From Chiloscyllium plagiosum (lineage: Eukaryota): DNA of 64,000 nucleotides. Positions within the stretch are counted from its first letter, which is position 1. Each line of letters opens with the position of its first letter. Location: NCBI RefSeq assembly GCF_004010195.1, contig NC_057711.1, forward strand, positions 3,481,931 through 3,545,930, in the 5' to 3' direction. Below, one piece after another: positions 12,933-25,237 of the stretch. The translations under genes and the position numbers were made by a program. The notes under the pieces are model-generated. The model made no database searches. It was not told where the DNA came from and worked only from the letters and a program-made list of their open reading frames with translations.

Positions 12933-13281
12933 GGCGGCACGGTGGCACAGTGGTTAGCACTGCTGCCTCGCAGCGCCAGAGACCCGGGTTCAATTCCCGC
13001 CTCAGGCGACTGACTGTGTGGAGTTTGCACGTTCTCCCCGTGTCTGCGTGGGTTTCCTCCGGGTGCTCCGGTTTCCTCCCATAGTCCAAAGATGTGCAGG
13101 TCAGGTGAATTGGCCATGCTAAATTGCCCGTAGTGTTAGGTAAGGGGTAAATGTAGGGGTATGGGTGGGTTACGCTTCGGCGGGTCAGTGTGGACTTGTT
13201 GGGCCGAAGGGCCTGTTTCCACACTGTAAAGTAATCTAATCTAATCTATCTAATCTAATCTAATCTAGTCTAATCTAATCT
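12933..13281 (+). mobile_element. Young HE1/V-SINE with (taatc)n tail
   Basis: A box tggcacagtgg, B box ggttcaattcc and full V domain. It is nested in an older tRNA-SINE; the empty site is at ~37495. Confidence 0.95.
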
Positions 13282-14171
13282 ATAACCTCAGGTGAGGGAA
13301 GAGTTGAGAAGGAAGGTGCTCCATGGAACCTGAGCCAGTATGGGGTTTGATCCACATTGTAGGCTACATATTGTTTCTCAAGCCAACTGTCCAGTCAACT
13401 GAGCGAAACGGATTCCTAGATTACCTAAAAGGCATGACTGAATCAATTGGGCTTTTCCATATATCAACAAAGTGGCCATGAGATTAGCTTTTTATTTAAA
13501 CTCCAGATATTTACACATTACATTCACATTTCACAAATTTCTGCTGTGGTGGGATTTGAACCCAGAGCCCCTGACTTGTGTGTTTGGCTTGGTCTCCCAG
13601 TGACAGTAACAGTACATCACCACCTTCCTTTATAACCCATGTGTGAACGCAGGGCTAGGATAGGTTCCACATGGCTGTGATGCTGCAAACATTAAAATGG
13701 ATGCTGTGGGAATGTACTTGCCCTATTTCTGATGAAGGTGTGAACACTTTCATTGTGACCAACAGAGACACATTAGACTGTTGCACCTTCCTGTTCGAGG
13801 AGATTATCTCAACGTCAGTATAACTTTGGATCATTTGGAGATTTAACTGAATGTTCTGAGTGTGTCAATGTCTTTCAATACTGACATCAGAATGTACCTA
13901 AAAGAATCAACACATCAAATTAAGTTAAATATTTTTAAAAATCAAATTTCAAATACAAAAACAAAATACTGTAGAAGCTGGAAATTTGGAACAAAAATCA
14001 AAATTCTGCAAATATTCAGTCGGTCAAACAACACCTGTAGAGAGAAAAATGGTTAATGTTTTAGTTCAGTGATGTTTCACCTGAAAATCCAATCCTAAAA
14101 AGTTCACAGAATCTGTTCCATTCTCTCCGTACAACATCTACAGACAGAAGAATGTGTGAATGGCCTCTTAC

Positions 14172-14525
14172 CAGTTATGACCTGCACCCGACTCTCTTTC
14201 TGAATCAGACACTGAATATCCAGTGGTAGTGATGTGTATTCCAACACACACAGATAAGTGTGATTGTCCCTCACACTCAGCTGGTTTATCTTGGTCGAGG
14301 CGTTTCCCTCCTCTGGGTTCCCGATGAGCTCGTACCGATTTCCACTGTGTACAGTTGTCCAGTTTCCCTGTGATTGGGCTGTAAATGTAACGATGTGTTG
14401 ATAGGGCTCCTTCCTCATCCAGGTGACAGTGGTCAGGTTAAGGACCTCCATGGTCTCAAAGATACAGGGTAAAGTAACTGAATCTCCCTCTGTCCCACTC
14501 ACCACTGAGACATTTCCCTGAGCAG
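14172..14525 (-). CDS. Ig V-set exon B2
   Basis: Acceptor tttatcctttcctcag and donor ACTG|gtaag; 354 bp, phase 1-1. Has the canonical B-strand Cys (VTLPC), C-strand Trp (VTWMRKEPY) and DxxxYxC (DNHTYLC). Confidence 0.92.
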
Positions 14526-17500
14526 CTGAGGAAAGGATAAACATCAGAATGGATGAGGTCAGAAGCTCGAGATTCAATTTGTTACATTTCTTTCAACTTC
14601 ACAATAAAATGAACAATTAAAACCTCCACCCATATCACTCATGGGTCTATTCCAGATATTCCCCTGCTGTCACCCTGATCAAAATCTCTCCTCTCAATTT
14701 TAGAAACTTGATCACAAGATTGTTACAAATTAGGAAATCCATTCAGCCCTCCTGAATTCATTCATGCAGAACCCTCCACCCATTGCTCAAAGTTAATATT
14801 CTTTAAACTAGGTCACGGATTTTACAACCTTCCCCCTCACTCTGTCCAGCAAACGCATTCAAAATATTGATCACACACTGTGTGAAGGAGAACCCCCTGG
14901 TATAATTCCTAATGTAACCATTCACCAGTTCAAACTTGAGTTTTGAAAATAAGCACAGGTTAATTCAAACTTGTAGTCTATATTAAATTTTGAATAAAAT
15001 ATTTTGTGTGCAAGAGGAGTGATAGTTCAGCCATGTGGCTTTTCACTGCATAAGTTTAAAGATGAGCTGAGAGGTGATCTGATTCCTCATTCCCTACTTT
15101 AAACGGGAAACCTCATTTTCAAATCAGTTCATCTTTTGTTCACAAGAGCAAGTATCCTCTCAGAATCTGTCCTGTCAAATCTCTTCAGAATTTTCTTTGT
15201 TTCAGTAATTTCTCCTCTAATATTTTTTATTCATTCATGGGTGTCTCTGGAAAAGATTACGTGCATTTATTGTCCAACTTGATTGCCAAGGAGCCGCTGC
15301 CTTCTTGAACTGCTGCAGCCCTGAGGTGAAGGGGTTACCCACAGGAATTCTATGGATGGAGTTCCAGGATTTTGACCCAGCAACACTGAAGGAATGGCAA
15401 TATGGTAAGAATGGAACCAGACTACTTTGTATTGAGTGAGGCTGCAAAAACAATGAGAGCAGACACAGCCGTGTCAATCCTGTAAAATCCTTCCCATTAA
15501 CATCTGGAAGCTAGTACAAGAAGTGGAAGAGCTGCCTCACAGACTGGTCAACTAACAGCCTCACATAGACCAAATGCATGGAATCATAACTCACAATATC
15601 TCAGGTACCACAATTGCCATTGCTGGATATGTCCTGTCCCACTGGCAGGGACAGACCCAGCAGAGATTGAGGCGCTGTGATATACAGTGGGAGGAGGTTG
15701 CCCTGGGAGTACCTAACATGAAGTCCCCAACTTAAAGTGAACATTGTTAGCCCATGGAACTACAATCTGTAACCTCACCATTCAGGTTAACTACCAATCC
15801 ACCATTCTCATCAGGCTGGGAGATCAATGAAATGTATGTGTGAGGATGCTGTGAGCAACACCAGGCAAACTGAAAAATATGATGCCAACATTCTGAAACT
15901 ACAACATCCAGGACAGCACACAATAGAGCCATCCCATAACCAATGGATCAGATGGCTCTGCAGTACTGGTTCATACACTCCTGAATGATAGAGGACAATT
16001 GCTGCACCAGTTGGTTCAGTAGAGTTTTACAACACTGGAATCTCTCCAACAATGGGGAAAATTGCCCAGGTATGTCCTGTATACAAAAAGCAAGGTGATT
16101 CTGACCAGGCAATTTACCGCTCCATCAATCCACTCTCGATCATCAGGGAAGCGATGGAAAGTGAGTGACTGCCCTTAACATCAAGGCTACATTTGAATAG
16201 GTGGAGCAAATGGGAGCTTGAGGAAAACTGAAGCCAATGGGAATTGGAGGAGAATCCTCTTTTGGTTTCAGTTATACCTGGCACATAGGAAGATTGTTGC
16301 AGTTGTTGGAGGTCAGCTCCAGGACACCGCTACAGGAGTTCCACAGGGTAGTGTCCTAGGCCCAACCATCTCCTGCTGTATCATCAGTCCTCCCTCCACC
16401 ATACGGTCAGAAGTGGGGATGGATGTTTACTGATGAACATGGGATACAGGAGAACATCACCACATACAAGCTTCCCTCCAAGACACTCACCATCCTGATT
16501 TGGAAATATTGCACCATTCCTTCAGTTTTACTGGGGCAAAGTCCCATTCATTTATCAACTACATCATGACTATCCCTGCAGCTGAGGGAATGCAGAAGTT
16601 CAAGAAGGCAGCTCACCATTCCCTTCTCCAGGGCAATTAGGGGTGGCCAATAAACACTGACTGTGCGTGTAACACCCACATCCCCTTAAACAATTCCAAG
16701 ATAAATAGTGCCAAGTCAGGATGATGTGCATCTGCTGCTGTTTATCATGGTGGTCGTAGAGGTCACTAGTTTGGGAGGTGCTCGAGATGGAAGTGTTGGC
16801 GCTTAACTGCAGTGTATTTTGTAGTTACTTTTCTTCCCAGAATGGTGTTTGGGTTGAAGTTCCAGGATTTTCAGCCAGCAACTGTGACAGGACAGCGATA
16901 TATATTCCTGCACTCTTCCAGAAACAATGGGAGTATTCCACCACGCTCCTGACTGATCAATAGGTTTTAATGTCAGAAGGTGTGTTAATTTACAGGATTC
17001 CTAGCTTGCGACCTGCTCTTGGAGCCACAGTTTCATTTGCACTCCTGGGTTCACTCCTTGTCCACAAATGAGTGAGCCATTCAGAGGTAGTTAAGAATGA
17101 ATCACATGACTATGGGTACAGAGATGTGTGTATGTCTGACAAGGTAAGGATAGCAGATTTTCCTCCCTAAAGGACATGAGTGACCCAGATGATTTTACTT
17201 TTACAGTGATGGATACATGGTCATTATGAGAGTACTTTTTAGTCTGAGATTTTTTTCAATTCAAATTTTACAATCCAGCTGGGATTGGAATCATTCACAA
17301 GGACATTAACCTCTGGAGAAGGCAGCTTCCCTAATTTTCTCCTCAGCTAATAGAGAGGGAGACAGCAACTGTGAGGTTCTCAGCCAATGTGAGCTGAAGG
17401 TTCTTTCACTCTGAGGCATGCTCATCCAATGAGGGCTCAGGAGGTACGAGTTTCTCTGTACTCCACCCAATGCTGACGGGGCAGGGCTTTCACTGGTCGG

Positions 17501-17712
17501 AATCTAGGAGCTTGGATCTTGAGGATATTTAGTTTGTCCCCTATCCCAGAATGCTGAAGTTAGTTTAAACATAGTAAATGAATGATTGTGTGAGAGACTG
17601 TGGGAAGTTTCAGATGGAATATTCTATAAATTCCAGTCAATATCACTGCCTCCTGCCTCAGTCCAACTGAAAGGGCCCAGGACAAGGTGCAAACCCAAGA
17701 GCTCCCAGAAGA

Positions 17713-18398
17713 GGTGAAGCCAGTCCCCATTGTGCTATAAGGGCAACAACACCATCCGAACAGATCCTTTATGCATGCCCAGACTCTCAGCCGCACCGCA
17801 CACTGCCCTCGAAGCAGGGGGGATGAGACTGTCACACACCTCCTTCTGGAATGTGCTTACGCAGAAGAAGTCAGGAGAGGAATGCAGTGGTGTTTGTCGA
17901 GGTGCGTCCTGAGCAGCACCGTGACGTGGGACTCCGTGCTCTACGGTCTCTTCCCTGGGATGCACACCGAGACGAACAACATCAACTGTGCCTGGAGGAT
18001 CATCAACTCGGTGAAGGACACTCTCTGGGCGGTCCGAAACCTGTTGATCTTCCAGCTGAAGGAGTTGACCCCGATTGAGTGTTGCAGACTGGCACATTCC
18101 AAAGTCTAGGACTACGTGTTGAGAGACGCGCTGAAGCTTGGGGCAGCTGCCGCCAAGGCGCGGTGGGGAAAGACCACCGTGTAACGTCTGCCTGCCTAAG
18201 AACAGGGGGCCCACGCAGTCATTTGGGCTCTGCTGACGCCTCAGCTAAAAATGTAATCGTACCAACCTGTAAATAGGAATGATTACTCTGTTTCGGTATG
18301 CAAACAAATGGAATGTTTACATATGTAAGGCATGTCCAACTGTACAGACCATTAAAGTATTTAATGAATAAAGTATACTTTTGAAATTAAAAAAAAAT
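17713..18398 (+). mobile_element. L1/Tx1-clade LINE 3' end with polyA signal and tail
   Basis: C-terminal Cys/His motif HCPRSRGDETVTHLLLECAYA, then WAVRNLLIF; aataaa at ~18367 and an A-tail to 18398. Confidence 0.85.
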
Positions 18399-18416
18399 CT
18401 GAACATTGTTCCTCAC

Positions 18417-18797
18417 CTATCACTTCCAGAGCTGTCCCCAACAGCGTTTCGAAACTGCCAATATTGAATTCCACACAACACCGATAGAAACCATCATCCT
18501 CCCGGCTCAGTCCCTCCATCATTATTGAGACATCTTTGTTGCTGAGGTTCCCCACGAATCTGAATCGATTCCCACCGTCCCGCTGTCTCACATTCTCACA
18601 CAGCTCACCCTGGGAATGGTCTGGACCAGGATATGTACACTTAAAGATAACACCTGTGTCAGATTTAATCCATATGACGGAGCCGGTGAGTGTGAGGTGA
18701 GTGTCAGGATGGGTGAAGCTGCAGGGTAAGACAGCGGAGCCTCCTTCCTCAGCCCTCACGTCGTTCGCGACCGTCATTGACCAACCATTACCAGAAT
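18417..18797 (-). CDS. Ig V-set exon A3, Siglec-15-like (F-strand Arg replaced by Cys)
   Basis: Acceptor (ct)n-cccctcacaacag and donor ATAG|gtgag; 381 bp, phase 1-1, open. Encodes YRCCVEF...GTALEVI. Confidence 0.92.
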
Positions 18798-18919
18798 CTG
18801 TTGTGAGGGGAGAGAGAGAGAGAGAGAGGATATGAACAGCACAGACACCAAACAGTGAGGTAAAACACTGAATCCGTTATATAGTGCGCAAAGATAACAT
18901 TTCTGACTTATAAACTGAC

Positions 18920-18983
18920 CTGAGACAGTGTGGAATGAGTTACAGCGTGGAGCACACAGAGGACGTCAGTACTTTGTAAACAT
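18920..18983 (-). pseudogene. Disrupted leader-like exon upstream of A3 (in-frame TGA)
   Basis: ATG TTT ACA AAG TAC TGA ... ACT GTC TCA G|gtcagt; 64 nt with a phase-1 donor about 120 bp above the A3 acceptor. Confidence 0.45.
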
Positions 18984-19269
18984 CCTGAAGTTAGACTGTG
19001 GGTGTTTGTTGCTGTTGGTTGAAGAGAGGGTTTGGTGCCTGAGAGTTAACTGAACTCTCCATTGTTCCAGGAGATCCAGAGTTATCTGAAGACCAGGGCT
19101 CAGGGCCCTCCCTGCAGAACCTTTTCTATTTCCCATCACTTTCTACTCTATTACCGAGCTAGCCTTCAGCAATCTGGCTCAATCATCAGTCACAGCAGAG
19201 GGATGGCTGATTCGGTGAATGTACCGCAGAGGGAAATACACAAAGAAATAAAGATGAAGAGCTGAAGTA

Positions 19270-19475
19270 AATTTGTCATAGTCCCAGAGAACTACAGTCT
19301 TATTAGAAAGGTATGATCGGTGGTGATTTAAACTGTGGGTACCTATGCCTCAGATAAGGGGCAAGGTTGAGAAGATGGGATCTTCATGGTCACCTCAGAC
19401 AGTATGGGAATTAAACCTGCATTGTTGGCATCACTCCACATCGCAAACTAACTGTCCAGCCAACTGAGCTAACTG
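19270..19475 (-). mobile_element. tRNA-derived SINE (non-HE1)
   Basis: Minus strand tagctcagttggctgg (A box) ... ggtttaattccc (B box). Paralogs at ~44710-44912, ~37420-37615 and ~12860-13410. Confidence 0.7.
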
Positions 19476-20199
19476 GCACAAAAAGATAAACCAAGTAGTT
19501 CTAGAAGGCAGTGTGAATATCAAGTGAGGGCATAAGGGAGTGTGGCATGGTTAGATGTAATTTACTTGTGAATAAGGCAGATGAGCTGAGGGTGTAGATT
19601 GATGAGTGGGGAAATGACATTGTTGTTATCACAGAGGCATGGTTGACGGTGGGGCAAGATGGGCCCTATAGTGTTCAGGCTCATAGAACCATCAGATGAG
19701 ATATGTAAGGATAGTGGGGAATGTAAAAGAGGAGGGGTGTCGCAACATTGATTAAGTAATCGATTGCTGTAATAAAACGGATGATATCTCAGAATGTTCC
19801 TCAAATGATGCCACATGATACAATTTAAAAACAAATCCCCCATCACCACCTTCTTCATCATATGATCAAGTTAATTTTGTGTCCAATTGGCATTCTTTCC
19901 CTGAGTCCCATGTAATGTCAGACATGATGTGGAGGAGCCAGTGTTGCACTGGGGTGGACAAAGTTAAAATTCACACAACACCAGGTTATAGTCCAACATG
20001 TGGAGCCTAGGAGAGTCATAGAGGTGGGAAATCCGAAAACACTTTAAAATGTACTTGGATCACCAATTGAAACTTCATAGCATTCAAGGTATGGCCCAAA
20101 TGCTGGAAAGTGGGACGAGTGTAGATTTAGAGTGTTTTTTTTTGGTGTACACTCAATGGGTTCAAGGGCCTCTCCTGTTCTGTTTGATTCAATGATTCT

Positions 20200-21550
20200 C
20201 TGATTGAGTGGAGATAAGAAACAAAAAGGGCAAGAAAATGTTGGTGGGAGTGGTCCAAAAGCTCCATTACACGAACTATATGGTGGGACAGGGAATAATT
20301 CAGGAGATAGTAAGAGCACGTAACAAAAATAGTACATTAATCATATACATTGGGACAATCAGATTAGCAAAGGAAGCCATAAGGAAGAATTCATAGAACA
20401 TATTCAAGGCAGTTTCTGAGAACAATATACTGTGAATCCAACAAGGGATCAGGCTATTTCAGATCTGGTGATGTATCATGATTCAGATTTAATCAACGAT
20501 GCCGGAGTGAAAGATACCCTGGAAACAGTGAACATAATATGTGAGAATTTAGTGTTCAGTATGAGAGGGAGAAATTTGGGTTGGAAGTAACTGTATTTAG
20601 CTGATAGAAGGATAATTACAAAGAGATGAGGGCAGAACTGGCTGGAGTGGATTGCAGAAGCAGTTTTGCAGTAAAGACAGAAAAGGAAAGATGACAGACT
20701 TTTAAGGTAATAGATTATGGCTCACATCAAAGTTGCAGTCCAGTGAGGAGAAGCATTCTCCGAAATGGATAAACCAATCAGGTTTAATGAGGGAAGTTAA
20801 GTATATCATCAGGTCGAAACAAGAAACATACAATATAACAAATATTCATGATAAACAAGAGAATTGGGAAAGTTTTAACAACCAACAGCAGATGACTGAA
20901 ATGTAATAAAGAAAGAAAAAAGTCACTTTGAGGGTAAATTTGCAAGTAATATCAAAATGGAGAGCAACAGCTTCTTTAAATCAATAAAAAAAGAAGAAAG
21001 TATCTAAAGTAAATGTAGGTGTCTCAGAGGATACGGTTGTGAAATAACAATGGGAAACAAAGAAATAGCAGAGCAGTTTTCGTAGTGGAAGACACTGAGA
21101 GCATCCCAACATTCATAAATATTGAAAAGGTCACAAAATAAGTACAATAACTATCATCAGAGAAAAATGCTAGGGAAACTATTGGAGGGAAAAAGAACAA
21201 GTTGGCTCCTGGACCTGGTGTGATGCATTCTGGGATATTAAAGGAAATGATGATAGAAACAATAGATAGATGCATGGGAACTTCAGATTGTGGAAAGTCC
21301 CGGAGAATTGGAAATTTGCCAACGTAACACCTGTGTTTTTAAAGTAAATGAGGTAAAAGGAAAATAGGTAACCACAGACCAGGAAGTTAATGTCTAGTAT
21401 TGTGAAAATAGTGGAGTCTATCATTAATGATATAATCATTCAGAATGCAGAAATGGATAATATGATCATGCAGAGTCAGCATGTCTTCATGAAAGGGAAA
21501 TTATGCCTGACATATTTATTTGCATTCTTTTGCGTTTGTTACAAGCTAAA
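20200..21550 (+). mobile_element. Old CR1 LINE fragment whose 3' end resumes at ~25240-25445
   Basis: Degenerate EN/RT motifs such as tggaaatttgccaacgtaacacc and agtcagcatgtcttcatgaaaggg. Confidence 0.75.
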
Positions 21551-21554
21551 GAGA

Positions 21555-23165
21555 TAGACATAGAACATATAACATAGAACAGTACAGGCCCTTCAGCCCT
21601 TGATGTTGTGCCAAACCTTTATCCTACTCTAAGGTCAAAGTAAGCTACATACCCTTCATTCTACTATCATCCATGTGCCTATCCAAGACTCATTTAAATG
21701 TCTCTAATGTATCTGACTCTACTACCACTGCTGGCAGTGCATTCTACGCACTCACCACTCACTTGTAAAGAACCTATCTCTGATATCTCCCTTAAACCTT
21801 CATCCAATTACCTGAAAATTATGCTCCTTTGTGATAGTCATTTCTACCCTGAGAAAACATCTCTGACTAGTCACTCTATCTATGCCTCTTTTCAGCTTGT
21901 ACACTTTTATCAAGTTGCTTCTCACTCTTCTTTGTTCCAATGAGAAAAGCCCGAGCTCCTTCAACCTTTCTTCTTAAGATGTGTCATCCAGTCCAGGCAG
22001 CATTCTGGTAAGTTTCCTCTGCAACTTGTCTAAAGTTTCGACATCCTTCCTACAGTGAGGTGACCAGAACTGAACACAATATTCCAAGTGTGGTCTAATC
22101 AAGGCTTGATCGAGCTGCAGCATAACCTCATGGCTCTTAAACTCACATAGACCCCAAGATCCCTCAATTCCTCCACACTGCCAAGAATCCCACCTTTAAC
22201 CCTGTATTCTGCATTCAAATTTGACCTTCCAAAATGAATCACTTCACACTTTTCCAGGTTGAGCTCCACCTGTCACCTACCAGCTAAGATCTGCATCTTG
22301 TCAATATCCCGTTGCAACCTACAACAGCGCTTCACACTATCCACAACTCCACCAACCTTTGTGTCATTGGCAAACTTACTAACCCACCCTTCCACTTCCT
22401 CATCCAGGTCTTTTATAAAAATCACAAACAGCAGAGGTCCCAGAACAGATCTCTGTGGAACACCACTGGTCACCAAGCTCCAGGCTGAATACCTTCCATC
22501 TACTACCACCCTCTGTCTTTTAATTTGCAGCCAACTCTGGATCTAGACAGTCAGATTTCCCTGTATCCCATTCTTCCTTACTTACTGAATGAGCCTACAT
22601 TATTAATCGCCTTGCTAAAATTCATGTACACCACATCCACACACATCCTTAATCAATACATTTTGGCACATTTTCAAAGAATCCAACAAGGCTTGTGAGG
22701 CATGACCTGCCCCTCACTATGTTATGCTGACTATCTCCAATCAAATGATGGTTGTCCAAATCATTATAAATCCTATCTCTCAGAATCCTTTCCAATAATT
22801 TGCACACCACAGAAGTAAGACTGCCTGGTCCATAATTCCCAGGATTATCCCTATTCCCTTTCTTGAACATTTGCCACCCTCCAATCACCTGGCACTACTC
22901 CAGTGGACAGTGAGTTCACAAAGATCATGACCAAAGGTGCAGCAATCTCTTCCCCCACTTCTTGTATTATTAACCTTGGGTATATCCCATCTGGCCCAGG
23001 AGACTTACCTATCCTTATGTTTTTCAAAATTTTCAGCACATCCTCCTTCTTAACATCAACCTGTCGGAACATATCAGCCTGTTTTATGCTGTCCTCACAA
23101 ATGACAAGGACCCTCCTACTAGTGAAGCAAAGTATTCATTAAGGACATCCCCAATCTCCTGAGTG
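21555..23165 (-). mobile_element. CR1 LINE fragment
   Basis: [28 protein letters not shown] and KSPGPDGIYPR; catagaa 3' tail repeats. Confidence 0.93.
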
Positions 23166-23299
23166 GTGACTTTTTGAAACATAAAAGATTCTTTGGGTGC
23201 TTGACAGGGTGGATGCAGAACGGTTGCAGATTTAAAATGAGAGGTATGTCTACTTCTGGGCAGTATATACCACTGGGCAAGAGTTACAGCTGGGGGAAA

Positions 23300-25237
23300 G
23301 GCAATTATGGTGTGATTCGGCAAGATTTAGGAAGCATAGGATAGGGAAGGAAACTGCAGGGGATGGGCACATTAGAAATGTGGAGCTTATTCAAGGAAAA
23401 GCTCCTGAGGGTCCTAGATAAGTATGTACCTGTCAGGCAGGGAGGAAGCTGTAGAGCGTGGGAGCTGTGGTTTATGAAGGAAGTGGAATCTCTCGTCAAG
23501 AGGAAGAAGAAGGCTTATGGTAAGATGAGATGTGAAGGCTCAGTTAGGTTGAGGGTTACAAGGTAGCCAGGAAAGACCTAAAGAGAGAGCTCAGAAGAGC
23601 AAGGAGGAAACATGAGAAGTTGTTGGCGGATAGGATCAGGGTAAACCCTCAGGCTTTCTATAGGTATTTAAGGAAGAAAAGAATGACGAGAGTAAGATTA
23701 GGGCCAATCAAGGATAGTAGTGGGAAGTTGTGAAGGGAGTCAGAGGAGATAGGGGAAACACTTAATGAATATTTTTGACAGTATTCACTATAGAAAACAA
23801 CAATGTTATCGAGGAGAATACCAAGATACAGGCTACTAGACCAGGTGGGATTGAGGTTCACAAGGAAGAGGTATTAGAAATCTTGCAGACTGTGAAAATA
23901 AATAAGTCCCCTGGGCCGGATGGGATTTATCCTAGGATCCTCTGGGAAGCCAGGAAGGAGATTGCCGAGCCTTTGGCATTGATCTTTAAATCATCATTGT
24001 CTAGAGGAATAGTGCCAGAAGACTGGAGGATAGCAAATATGGTTCTCCTGTTCAAGAAGGGGAGTAGAGACAACTCTGGTAATTATAGACCAGTGAGCCT
24101 TACTTCAGTTGTTGGTAAAGTGTTGGAAAAGGTTATAAGAGATAGGGTTTATAATCATCTAGAAAAGAATAATTTGATTAGGGATAGTCAGCACGGTTTT
24201 GTGAAGGGTAGGTCGTGCCTCACAAACCTTATTGAGTTCTTTGAGAAGGTGACCAAACAGGTAGATGAGAGTAAACCAGTTGATATGGTGTATATGGATT
24301 TCAGCAAGGCATTCGATAAGGTTCCCCACAGTAGGCTATTGTACAAAATACAGAGGAATGGGATTGTGGAAGATATAGCAGTTTGGATCAGTAATTGGTT
24401 TGCTGAAAGAAGACCGAGGGTGGTGGTTGATGGGAAATGTTCATCCTGGTGTCCAGTTACCAGTGGTGTACCGCAAGGGTCGGTGTGGCTGTTTGTCATT
24501 TTTATAAACGACCGACCTGGATGAGGACGTAGGTAGATGAGCAGAGAGATCTCGGTGTCCAGGTACACAGATCCTTGAAAGTTGCCACCCAGGTTGACAG
24601 GGTTGTTAAGAAGGCATACAGTGTTTTAGCTTTTATTAATAGAGGGATCGAGTTCCGGAACCATGAGGTTATGCTACAGCTGTACAAAACTCTGGTGCAG
24701 CTGCACTTGGAGTATTGTGCACAGTTCTGGTCACCGCATTATAAGAAGTATGTGGAAGCTTTGGAAAGGGTGCAGAGGAGATTTACTAGGATGTTGCCTG
24801 GTATGGAGGGGAGGTCTTACGAGGAAAGGCTGTGGGACTTGAGGCTGTTTTCATTGGAGAGAAGAAGGTTGAGAGCTGACTTAATAGAGACATATAAGAT
24901 AATCAGAGGGTTGGATAGGGTGGACAGGGAGAGCTTTTTTCCAAGTATGGTGACAGGGAGCACGAGGGTCATAGCTTTAAATTGAGGGGTGATAGATATA
25001 GAACAGATGTCAGAGGTAGTTTCTTTACTCAGAGAGTAGTAAGGGTATGGAATGCTTTGCCTGCAACGGTAGTAGATTCGCCAACATTAAGTACATTTAA
25101 GTTGTCATTAGACAAGCATATTGATGTACATGGAATAGTGTAGGTTAGATGGGCTTCAGATTGGTATGACAGGTCGGCGCAACATCGAGTGCCGAAAGGC
25201 CTGTACTGCGCTGTAATGTTCTATGTTCTATGTTCTA
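23300..25237 (+). mobile_element. Young CR1 LINE fragment with internal deletion
   Basis: 249-aa RT ORF ([38 protein letters not shown]); (ttctatg)n tail. Confidence 0.95.

Larger units (their letters stand above)
9740..19917. repeat. Segmental duplication copy 1 (contains exons A3 and B2)
   Basis: Colinear similarity to ~33200-45357 across CR1, introns, both exons, the leader region and upstream SINE/LINE remnants. Confidence 0.9.

Noticed and set aside
12933-13005. tRNA gene
   Set aside because: The A/B boxes belong to a SINE head followed by a V domain and LINE-like tail.
14526-14577. Signal-peptide-like N-terminus on the B-exon ORFs (MNLELLTSSILMFILSS; also 38703-38754)
   Set aside because: It starts at a non-ATG codon and is the translated polypyrimidine tract ahead of a clear acceptor.
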